A DNA stretch of 64,000 nucleotides, taken from assembly GCA_905178155.1 (NCBI GenBank), contig CAJINV010000001.1, positions 13,491,712-13,555,711 on the forward strand, in the 5' to 3' direction. A program made the position numbers and the translations under genes. The DNA is from Amoebophrya sp. A120. Its lineage: Eukaryota > Protista > Dinoflagellata. Positions within the stretch are counted from its first letter, which is position 1. Every line of letters starts with the position of its first letter. Positions 24,322 through 34,930 of the stretch are shown piece after piece. The notes beneath the pieces were generated by a model. The model was not told where the DNA came from, did not search any database, and saw only the letters and a program-made list of their open reading frames with translations.

Positions 24322-27300
24322 CTAGCTCATCACCACGTCGCCGCCGGCATAGTCGAAGTCCAATGAGAACGAATCGCTGTATCGCTCTCGTACCTGCGAA
24401 TGTATGTTGTTTGCATTTTCTTTGATGATTAAAGCCTTCGTTACCAGTAAAAGCACGCTAGCGTGCCTTAGTACAGCCTCCCTGCCCCTACTCAAAACTG
24501 CACCAAGCCTGAAAGAGAAAGTGCCCACTGTTGCATGATGAGGAAATAAAACGCCAACCAGTACTGCTACGTATCGTATCCTACCTGTGGGCACACGACC
24601 GCCAAGGCTGCCACCAGCACGTACATGGCCATTTTTCGCAGGTACTCGGGTACGCTGGCGTTGTAGCCCGTGACGTAGTGGATGTTGCTCAGGATGTAAA
24701 ACAGCCACGGCCGCTCGTCGTTCTCCCAGTACGGCGTGTCCAGAAACGCTTGCCCGTTCGTCTCCGGACAAAGCTGCTTCCTTTGCCCCACGTCAAAGTT
24801 CCGCAGGTACATTCCTTTCAACTCCTTCGCCAGGAGCTTCAAGTCCTTCAGCGGCAAGTCCAGCACGTTCGCCTCGTCCAGCTCGATACTGGCCTTGATG
24901 TAGAACGGCTGAAACACGCTAAACGCGAGCTTCTTGAGGCAGCCCGCCGGGTCCGCGTGCGACACTGGTGTTGGGGGGATAAACAATCATTCGAGAGCCG
25001 TGGTTTAGTTTCCTTTAGTCGATGTGCATGAACTGTATTTCTAAAGAACAAATTTTAAAACGCTTCTGCGAGACAAGAACAAAGATGCCCCTTGAAAGTG
25101 TTAAAATGACAATACTGATATCCTCCAGGGCCCAGGTGGTCGGGTCTTCATCCTGAATTGGCGCAATGCGCCCCGCGTCCCGTAGCAAATGGATCATACG
25201 CTCACTGGCGTGCACGGCCGACGGGGGGATCACGATGTTGGTCACTGGGTGGCGGAGCACCGGCCAGGAGGCGGACTTCCGCGCCTGCAACAGTAACTGC
25301 TGAAAGCTTTCGATGGCAAAGCCCCGGACGTACTCCTTCTCCGTCTTCGGGTCGGTTTCCAGGTACGAAAACAGGTAGCTAATCTCTGCGTAGTTGGCCG
25401 ACCGTTTTCCGTCGTCGCCCAAGTCCCAGATCCGCTGCTGCGAGATCGGGTCAATCGCATCGTCGCACTTCGTGCGATCCGCATACGCCGGGCCACCGAG
25501 GGAAGAAAGCGCGGCAGCGAGACCTGAAAAGAAAAGTGGATTTATTTGCCGGTTGATAGAATGTAGTCGACTCGACTATGTAGAGATGCAGGCTTTCTTA
25601 TAGTATAAGAAAGCCTGCATCTCTACATAGTCGAGTCGACGTAATGATTCTATCTCCATTCAGTATTCCATTGCATATCATGCATGTAACTTGCGATCCT
25701 GGTGGTTCCTCAGAAGATGCCTACTCTTCAATTTTTGCTCGTTCAGCATCGAAAATTCGAATCAAACATGCTGCATAAAAATTTCATGCTCAGACGCGCA
25801 CACACGACGTCACATGCATTCAACTGTCCTCAACGAGACCGATCATTCCGAATGCATGTATTCACCCGCGGTAGAGACATCACACTTTGAGTTGCGAAAA
25901 CTCTCATCCAGCAGCTACGCGTAATGCCGGTTCGAGTCTGTTCGTACCACTACCACAGGTGAATGCGCACATACGAACTGCCTGTTTGTCCCACGTGGTT
26001 CTCAAAAGCGCGCTCTTTCTCGTTCCAGCTAGAGTAGTCCTTGTTCACACGTGCAGTAGTAGTTCCACGCACAAGCACCACGATACAACCACCGCACGAG
26101 TCCTGTTCTTACTGCAAGATCACGAGTCCTCGTGCCACAGTAGCTATCAGGCTGTACTTCTTCTACAGCCTGGTACGATAACGCTGCTCGCCGAAAAGTG
26201 TAACATACGAATCGACTAACGCAAAAGGGGTTTGGTACTTTCTTCGGTCATTCGGGGTGCTCGCGACGACGAATCTGGGGAATGAGTAGAAGTAGAACTT
26301 ATTCCACAAATTGACAAATCTCAACGAAAATGTTGGCAAAGAACTTGAACTACTGGCATCATGCATTCTTTCTCGAAAGACAAAGACTAGCCTCAGGCAC
26401 GACCTGCATGCAAAATCACGAAGGGGCAAAGTAGGTTTTCAAGATGCACGAAACGCATGCAGACGCTCCAACTGATTCAGAGGTCTCAGAAGTGTCAGAA
26501 GGCACTGCATACTTTGACCAAGACTCACTATATACGAATTCACAACGACAATATCTCGCTCGGTTCATCAGTACTAGGTACTACACGTCGTGTTTTCATC
26601 TTTCTCCTCCTCGACGCCAAACTACAAAAGAAGAATTTATCAGTACAAAAGGGCGCAGAACAAGCTGATGCGCAATGGAATACCTTGGTCGGTGTAGGCC
26701 GGATGGTAGTTGCTTGGACGGTGTCGCTTATTCCGGTTGCTGTTGTAACGCTGATACGGCGACTGGTGTCCGCTCGCGTTTGGCGGCTGGTAGGGCTGGA
26801 AGGGGGACTGTATCACACCCGGTGCCGCGGTTCCTGCTGCGCTAGAAGATGAAGATGCGGAGGAGGACGAACCCGTGTTCATCTGCCCGAAGAGATTCTG
26901 TTGCGGCTCCCGGCTGCTGCCCACCGGGCGAGAGGAGGCGGCGTTTGACATTGCGACGCCCGAGCCGAATTCCGGTACTAGCGATGGGTTCGTGAACGGG
27001 TTGCTCCCGACCGGGCCCCAGCGGTCGTCCGGCAGCGCCAGCCCCATGTCCTGGTCGTCCTCTTCTGTTGAATTCGCTGCGGGACGATTGGCAGTCCCGT
27101 GAGTTCCTCGCTCGCTGTTGTTCCGCGCCCGGGACGGTTGTTCCCTGCTGTCCGCCCGCCGCGAGGAGTTCGATGACGAGTCGTTGCTCTGTTCGTTGTT
27201 CTGATTATTTCTAGTAGTATTGCTGTTGTTGTTATTCATGGTTGCGCTGCTAGTTCCGAAGATGTTCTGTCGCTGCTGCGGACCGAAAAGCGGACCGATC

Positions 27301-29093
27301 ACTTGCAGCCTATTCGACGATGAAGACGTGTTGTTCATCTGGTTAATATTATTTCCGGAAACTACACTTGTTCCGGATCTGCTCGCTCCGGAAGAGGCAC
27401 CAGCTCCCCCACTGCTACTGTGCTGCTGCAACGACGGGCCGATGAAGGGTCCGTGAATCGGCCCCGCCAGGTCGTAGGCAACATTGGCGGAAGCTGCAGC
27501 GAGAGCCGCCTGTAGTGGTCCAGGTGGTCCTCTTCTGTTGTTCATCACATTGTGGTCCACCGCCTGCTGACCACCGTCATAGGAACTGTCCCCCTCCTCA
27601 TCGATTTCGATGTCGGGCGATGCCTGGTCCTGCTCCGAGCCGCCAAAGTTGTATTCCTCCTCGAAGTCGTAGGACTGGTCCTGCATCCGGCGCTGGTAAT
27701 CCTCATTCGGCTCCAGGATCACGCGCGTGTTGCTGTTGGTACCGTTGCTGTTCACCACCGGGGCGATAATTTGGTTGGGGTTCTCCAACTCGTCCACCTC
27801 AAGCTCGTCCACCGACATGGCGCGATACAACCGCTGATCGTGGTGTTGCTCCGCCGCAAGGTCAAACCTGTTGGCCGACGAAGTAGAAGATGGACCCGCC
27901 GAGTTATGCGGATTGTTCGTCGCGCCTTGTTGCAGTTGCGTGTCGAAGGAGGTCTGGTTACTGCTCGCCGTGGTCGAGCACCGTTCGTTATCGAAACTAT
28001 TCGCCGCAGTTGTTGTGCCACTTGAGGAAGTCGCGGCCCCGGCGCAAGGACCACGCGGGGCGGACAGGTGGTTCGTCCCGAAAAACCTCGACGTAGATGA
28101 ACTCGTAGTAGCGCCGCTAGAAGCAGAACCTCTTTGGCGATTACTTTCTGTAGAAGCTCCCCCGTCGAAAAACGGCGACCGGCGATTGTAGGAGGTATTG
28201 CTAGAAGATGTTGCGGCATTTGCGTTGGAATTACCATTTTTGTTCCTACTACTTTCGTAGTTGTTGTGCAACGTCGAATTGTTGTTCACATTGTAGTAGT
28301 CTTGGCTACTGTCTCTTGTCGTGCTCCCCATATTACCTCGTGACGATGAGCCGGCGTGACTTGTCCAGGAAAGGCCGGTACTGCTATGCTGCTGTTGGTG
28401 GTCACGCTGACCTTGACGACGGGAGCCGCCAAAGCCGTCGCGGCTGCCGCGCTCATAGTTCCCCGAGGAACTTGAGGACGAGTAACCGTTGTTGTAGCTG
28501 TTTCCTGACGAGTTGGAGCTGGTTCGCTGCGAGTGCGACCAGTACTGCGGCTGGTGATGATGTTGTCCACATGCTCCGCGGCCTGCAGAACTGTTATTCC
28601 CGCTGGTTGTGCCTGTACTTCCAGGAACATGTTGGTCGTCGTGCCAGGACGAGAATCTTCCCCCCTGATCGAACCGCGACGTGGTGGTGGTGCCTTGCTG
28701 GCGCCAGTTCATGTGGTCGATACTACTGCTCGTATTATTTCTAGTACTGTTGTAACTGTCACTCCGGGAGGTGTGCGCGGTATGCATGCTGTGTGCCGAG
28801 GATCCGCGCTCCGGCGGCTGGAAACGGCGGCTGGACCGCCAGTCTTCCTCGTCGATCTCCCAGCGGCTGGAGGTCCCGCCCCGACGCGAGCTGTAGTGTT
28901 GACCACCGCTGCTCTGGTTATTATTGTACTGGCTGTAGTGCCCGCCGTTGTTGTACCCGCGGCTGCCCCCATGGCGGGAAGCGCTGTTGTACGAAGCAGT
29001 AGAACCATAGTGATGGGAGGCAGAATTATGTCCTGCGCTCCCGCTTCTCCCGGAGCTGCTGCCTCCTCCGTAGTGATGATGTTGGTGCTCCAT
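24322..29093 (-). CDS. 1089-aa protein: about 800-aa S/N/G/Q-rich low-complexity region plus a C-terminal giant-virus-like globular domain; 4 exons (29093-26684, 25523-25116, 24964-24585, 24393-24322)
   Basis: Three GT-AG introns with matching phases (...YTDQ|GLAAAL...), 3270 nt in frame. The first join spans 1160 nt and is inferred. Confidence 0.65.
25566..25640. repeat. Perfect 37-bp-arm palindrome (1-nt spacer), MITE-like
   Basis: GTCGACTCGACTATGTAGAGATGCAGGCTTTCTTATA-G-exact reverse complement; GTA on both flanks. Confidence 0.95.
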
Positions 29094-30531
29094 CGCTTTT
29101 TGGTCCCTTTATGGTATTCGTCAAAATTGAATGAAATTAGAATCGATTCAAGCGTTTTATTTTCCGAACAAGTTAGTAGTGCGTGGTTTGTAAAAGAGTC
29201 CGATGATATCAATCAAGAACAGTAAAGAACTCCGAGGTATTACAAAAATTTTCTCAGTAGGCCTAGAAATTCTATTTCTTCGATGTTGCGCCCGAAAGCT
29301 ATTTGTGGCAATCAACGACTACACTAGATTTATTTACAAGGTTTACTTTGTAGCTCAAGCTCCTAAACCGACGTTCTTCTTACACCACGGTAGTAATATT
29401 TTGCTTCACGACGTCCAAGTTGATACAGTTGTACGTACTGCTTGATAAAGCCAAAAAAAAAGGGTGCTACAGATGGTTGTGTGTAGCAGCGCGTGCAAAA
29501 TTTCTGATGTAACTACGGTCCTCCGAAGAAATTTAGGTCTCTAGAGGAGGCTCAACGATGATGTGAAGAATCTCTCCTACATTTTCGCGAAGTAAAACTG
29601 GAGCGGGCGAAAACAGGACAGGCGACTAGCAGTCACTCTACCCCGGTCTCTAACCGCCTCCTGGTCTGCTCCTCTCGCGTGATTTTCGGCTCCTGTACGA
29701 GAAAAAAAAAGGATTGCCTGCACTCTGCGCAACTGCAAAGCGTATTGTCGTGTATCACAAGTGAAAAAGTATCCGTTTCAAAGTCATAAGACGCACCGCT
29801 TGTGCGCTGATAGATACTGTGGTAAAAAATTATCCGCAAATGCAAATTCGTAGCAAGTATGAGACGAGCGCTCAGAATTTACAAGTAACAAACGAAATAA
29901 AGCAAGCTTGAAATAACATCGCCTCGAGTTTTAACAGTCATAGATTGGAGTTCGGGTTTGCAAAAGAGGGTAAACGACAAAAAAGCGCAAGTAAAAAAGG
30001 GTATGTAAACAGCTTGTCAAAATTTGTAGTGCACATTGAAACCGGGTCAAAAATGGGGGTAGTCCAAAACCTGGCAGAGAGATACAATCAAGACGACGGA
30101 TGAGAAATTAGTTGAAGACTTTTAGCTGATTGCCCTCTTCACTCACAGAACGATGAATCTGTCTTGGACCGACGACCATGCGTGCCTCTGCTTGTGTTCT
30201 AGTAACGAAAACCGAAATAATATTTCTCGTGCTCGAGACCGATTTAGGCTTTTTCTGCAGTGCGCAAAACACGCAGCAAAGAGTCCTTCCTTTCTTAGAC
30301 ACATGCTCAAAGCGCAAGCAGCTCCGCTGTCGATTCTTGCTGTTCTTGTAAGTACTCATTTGTGCTTCTGCTTTTGGCAGCGCCAACAGCTGAAACGAAG
30401 GCGAATCATACATTGATAGAGTACTACGACCAGCGGAACCATGCCATTTCTGAAACGGAAACCACACGAAACTTACTTATTTGGGAACTAGAGAAGTGCA
30501 TTTTTTCTGATGTCCTGGCTACCACCTCGCA

Positions 30532-32979
30532 CTAACTCCCCTGAAGTTCCGCCGCCCACCTCGGCTGGTGTTTTTTGCAGGAAAGCATGAGCTCTTCGAA
30601 ACTACCCTTTGCCGGGGCCTCCCGCGGCATGGTCCTGTTCGCCTTCCCGGGCAGTAGCGGTGTCTCCTCTAGTGGATTAGCCGTGGTCAGCTTCGGCGAC
30701 GGCGATCGCGCTTGCCGCTGAAAGAACCCCACCGCGTCCGCGGTCGTGCCGAACACCTTGCTGCTGGAGCTGAGCAGCTGCGCCTCCACCCCGAGTGCCT
30801 CCGACACCGTCAGAAACCGCGTCGACCGGTCACCGCGCACGTGAGGCAGCAGGTTGTGCCTCTTCACCAAGTGCGTTGGAGATGCTCGTTCCTGTTGCTC
30901 AAGAGCAAACGACACCGTGTCGAGACTGCGATCCAAAAGACCGCTCTTGTGGTGCGCAGGCGGAGGTGGACTCTCGAGCACGGTGGTGTTGCCCCCGATC
31001 GAGGATTTATTTCGCAACAGCGAGTCGTCGAGCGACGGCGAAACTGTTTTTGTATCCATTTGATTGACGTTGTCCTTTTTTCCCTGCAGGCGGCGTTCGA
31101 CACCGTCGTGTTCTTCATCTTCCTTCCTTCGCGGCGACAGGTTCCGTGGCGTGCGCCACATAGTTGCACGCGGACTGTTTGTCGGGCTGTTGTTGTTCAC
31201 GCCGACTTTCTCCAGCGACCACAGCCTCTCCGCGGGTAATTCCGTCTCCCCGGCTTCCCACAAGTTGTCCCCCGTGCCGATCAGTACCGCCTCGTCTTGC
31301 AGATGCACGCCGCCTTGACTGGTGGTGGCCTCGTCGAGCAACAGCCCAGCGCCGCGCCCCTTCACCAAAACTCTGCCATGAAACAGACACTGCTCGACGA
31401 CGCACAAACACGATCGACGGCAACAGGGATGCGGCACCCACTCGAGCGCAGCGGCGCCAAATTCCCGCACCTTCTGGTTCCGCAGGACGCGCTGCCGATA
31501 CGCGGCGGGGGTTTTCGGGCGAAGCGATTTGTTCCTGTTCAGGTGGACCCCCCGGGGACTCACAGTAGTTGCTCCTGCAGTTGTTAACATCTCCGGCGAT
31601 AAATTTCGGAAGTTTTGTTGGCTCCTCGGAGATACGGAGGCGACCGACCGGGTCGGCGAGACATTCGCAGCGTCGTCTTCGCCATTTGGCAAGAGCCACC
31701 ACCGCCGGAGCACCAACAGAAACAGCTCCAGAACGTGCAGTGCAGCGGTGGCAGAGGAGCTCGCACAGGAAACGTACAAAACAATCCTGCCGTCCGCGCT
31801 GAGAGAAGTCGTTTGTTCCGCTGGATCTACTTCAGCGTTGTGATCTCCAGCAGAATTAAATCCTTTGTCCACACGCCTCCGATCGTCCAAGAATTTGCAC
31901 CTCGTCGCGCGGAAGAAGCCATCCAAAATCTGCACCCGCGCGGAAAAGTTGCAGTCCGAAAACTCAGAACAGGAGCTGGGGTCGTACTGCGTCACGTCGC
32001 CTCGGATGAAGCACTGCTTCGCAAAGAACCGGCCGCCGCGGGACACCGCAACCTTTTCCGCGTCCGAGGAGAGTACCTCCAACCGCGCGCCCTCCCGCAC
32101 GTCAATGCTCTGCTCGCCGCGCAGCTCGGACATTTTCACCACGCAATCGGACCCCGACAGCACCAAACTCATCCACCCGCACGTCTCCGGACCTAGCAGC
32201 TCCAAGCGCAGCGGGCCGGAAAGGTGCAATTTTTCCAGCTTCGAATTTGCGGAACTTCCCTGTGCGCTGAACACTTTCCCGAGCTCCACTATCCTCCTCG
32301 GCGCGGTCCACAGTGACCGGTCCTCTTCCTCGGGAACGCGCGGAAAAATCTGGGCGACCGCCTGTTCCGCTGCGATGGTGGAGGCGAGACAGGTGCCAAT
32401 GTCCGTTGCGAGTAGCTGTTGACGGGTACTAGAATTGACTTCCTCATTTTGATTTCTCCTCCGATGTCTGGGTGACGTTGTTGTGACCATGTGACCCCCG
32501 GAGTCGTCGAGACTTTTACCTGCAAGAACTTCTTCCGGCAGTTCTACCGCGAGCAAAAATTTCGCACCACTCTCCCGCTTTTCGTACTCCTCAACCTGTT
32601 GTCGCAAGGAGTCGCGCTCGCGCAACAGCTCGACGATCCGCACCTCGTAATTCGCTTGTTTGATCTCCTGCAAACTTTCGCCGTAGTACTGCAGGCGGTC
32701 CCTTCTCTTCTCTCGCGTCCAGGTGCTCCACGCACTGAAGATCTTCCGGATGGGTTGCAGGTCGCGGGCCAGGTTGGATACCGCGAGCGCCTGTCGCACC
32801 TTCTTCCGGTCGAGCAGGAATTCCGTGGTGTTCACCGCTGCTTCGGCGTACGTTCGCGGCGTGTCCGGCGGCGGCTTGCGCCGGAGAATGTACCGGGAGA
32901 ACCATCCGAGCTGCTTCTTTTTCTTGGGAGGTGTGGGTGGGGGCTTCGTATCCTTTCCAACCTCATACTTCGCGGACAT
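30532..32979 (-). CDS. Hypothetical 815-aa protein (coiled coil plus possible beta-helix-like region)
   Basis: Long uninterrupted ORF with coding-type codon use; no family recognised. Confidence 0.75.
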   Translation of the reverse strand: MSAKYEVGKDTKPPPTPPKKKKQLGWFSRYILRRKPPPDTPRTYAEAAVNTTEFLLDRKKVRQALAVSNLARDLQPIRKIFSAWSTWTREKRRDRLQYYGESLQEIKQANYEVRIVELLRERDSLRQQVEEYEKRESGAKFLLAVELPEEVLAGKSLDDSGGHMVTTTSPRHRRRNQNEEVNSSTRQQLLATDIGTCLASTIAAEQAVAQIFPRVPEEEDRSLWTAPRRIVELGKVFSAQGSSANSKLEKLHLSGPLRLELLGPETCGWMSLVLSGSDCVVKMSELRGEQSIDVREGARLEVLSSDAEKVAVSRGGRFFAKQCFIRGDVTQYDPSSCSEFSDCNFSARVQILDGFFRATRCKFLDDRRRVDKGFNSAGDHNAEVDPAEQTTSLSADGRIVLYVSCASSSATAALHVLELFLLVLRRWWLLPNGEDDAANVSPTRSVASVSPRSQQNFRNLSPEMLTTAGATTVSPRGVHLNRNKSLRPKTPAAYRQRVLRNQKVREFGAAALEWVPHPCCRRSCLCVVEQCLFHGRVLVKGRGAGLLLDEATTSQGGVHLQDEAVLIGTGDNLWEAGETELPAERLWSLEKVGVNNNSPTNSPRATMWRTPRNLSPRRKEDEEHDGVERRLQGKKDNVNQMDTKTVSPSLDDSLLRNKSSIGGNTTVLESPPPPAHHKSGLLDRSLDTVSFALEQQERASPTHLVKRHNLLPHVRGDRSTRFLTVSEALGVEAQLLSSSSKVFGTTADAVGFFQRQARSPSPKLTTANPLEETPLLPGKANRTMPREAPAKGSFEELMLSCKKHQPRWAAELQGS

Positions 32980-33506
32980 TTTCTACATTCTACATTTTAA
33001 TGGCTTCAGTTGCATTTTTTCGTCGCTATAGAGAAACAAAAGGAGTGTCAAGGCCGCAGCTTCCCATCATGAAAATGATTCGCTCAACATCGGCCAGCCG
33101 AACAAATGCTCCAGCATGCAGACACTCGCACGCTATGAGACAACAATTCTCATAAAAGAAACATCGCGCCGTGGTGCCCTCCTCAAAAGATTATCCGAAG
33201 CCGATATTTTACCGCGAATCCAAGCCAACGATTGCAAGTCGACTTTTCTGCAAAAGCAGCACGAGCTCTTCAGTGAGCAACGATAGGAAAGAATGCGAAG
33301 CACATGCGACAAACGAAAATGACAAAACAAAGACGGCGAACATGCTCTTCGAAAACAAGCCTGGTTGTAACGTGCCAGCGTTTATTGGTTTTTTCGTTTC
33401 GTGCTGTTCATTTGTCGTCAGGCGGAACTAGGTCATCGCGCTTGCTTTTTAGCATGGGTTTATTCCGTCGGTTGGGTTTACTACTCATGGGATAAAAAAT
33501 ATCTCG

Positions 33507-34191
33507 CTATGGTCTCGGCATTCCTGGCATCTGCGGCATGCCGCCCATACCGCCCATCATCGTAGCCATCATGCCCGGGTGAATTCCCGCCTGCACGGCC
33601 GCATTCGGATTTGGGACTGTTTTGATTTTTTTTTTGATTTTACCATTTGAATAAAGAAGCCTTGCGGTCTCCAAAACTTCGATTACACATAGAAGTCACC
33701 ACGTAGGGATCCCGCATGCATGGAACAAAAAATGTAAATTTCTATACCGGCAGCCATTGCTGTTGGTGGGAGCACAAGCCGCGCTGCCGCTGGTGTTGGT
33801 TCTGCAGCTTTCGGTATTAATGGGGCGGGCACGGCGCCTTGGTTTTGTTGTGCGACTTGCGCCATGTACTTCTTTCGCATCCTGCTCACCTGTAGTTCAT
33901 AAATTTCAGAAAAACATACTTTTTTTGTCGGCGATGTTGTTCATGCAAATTAAAACAGAACAAACCAAAATAAAAGGCTAGTGTGCAAAATAAACGTGAA
34001 ACGACAACGAGTAGTACCAGCCAAAGTGGTGGTGCGTGTATTGGTGGCGCGAGCTGCTTCTCCCGGATGAGCCCAGTATAGTAGTCAATTTTGTTGTTGA
34101 TGTGTTTTCGGCCGAAGTTGTGCTCCTTTCGGCAGCCCTGGGACGCTGTCTTAAGGTACACATCGCAATACTCGCAGTAGAAACGCGGCAT
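33507..34191 (-). CDS. SNRPC: U1 snRNP protein C, 141 aa, 3 exons (34191-34018, 33889-33748, 33616-33507)
   Basis: N-terminal matrin-type zinc finger MPRFYCEYCDVYL...RKEHNFGRKH, Pro/Met/Gly-rich tail (GMGGMPQMPGMPRP) and two GT-AG introns. Confidence 0.9.
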
Positions 34192-34930
34192 TATTTCCCT
34201 TTTGTTTTCTACTTACTTGCTACTAGCGCAGGCGTGAAACTTCTGAAGATCGTACGCTCGTGACTAGCACGGAGCGAGGACCTCTACTACCTATACGCAC
34301 TTACGAATATTATTTCAAAACCATAAAGAGAAAATGTCCTCGGCCACACAAAAATTGTTGGGTGAAACGCTGAAAAAAAAGTTTGCAGAGCGAAAAATGT
34401 AGGATCGAAAAATCACATCGATTCACAGCCATCTTTGATCAAAGATCAACAGAGAGATCCTCTTGCCCGTATTAATCGAGCTAGGTTTTGGATCAAAATG
34501 GTCGAAGTCGTTTCTTTCTTTTCCTGGTCGCAGTACCTTATCTGTTGTTCATATTTAGGTCTGTTTGCTTTTCTATTGAGAACACCTACATTGTGTTTGT
34601 GTTGCGACGTCAATTCGCACGTCAAAGACGCGCGCTTCATTTTTGCTGTATACGTTCATGTCGTTTGCAGCCGCACTGTCCCAGCGGCGCTTCCGCACTA
34701 AAGTATCTACTATTCTGCATACGGTTCATAGAAGAACTGATCGATTCACCTGGGCAGCACTAGCTACACACTGTTAAAGCCATGCCCGTGGTGGTCTGAA
34801 TACAAATACTTGAGTCTCGTCTTTGTTGAATTCTTAGAAGCATTTTCGAGTGATGGATTCCAAATTCGGTAACGTGTCGAATAAAAAAATGCTGAAGGCG
34901 CAGCACGAGAGACGTTTATTACTTATTTCC

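Noticed and set aside
24952-25120. Non-canonical TAT-type intron
   Set aside because: There is no TIR partner, and a phase-compatible GT-AG intron (24965-25115) exists.
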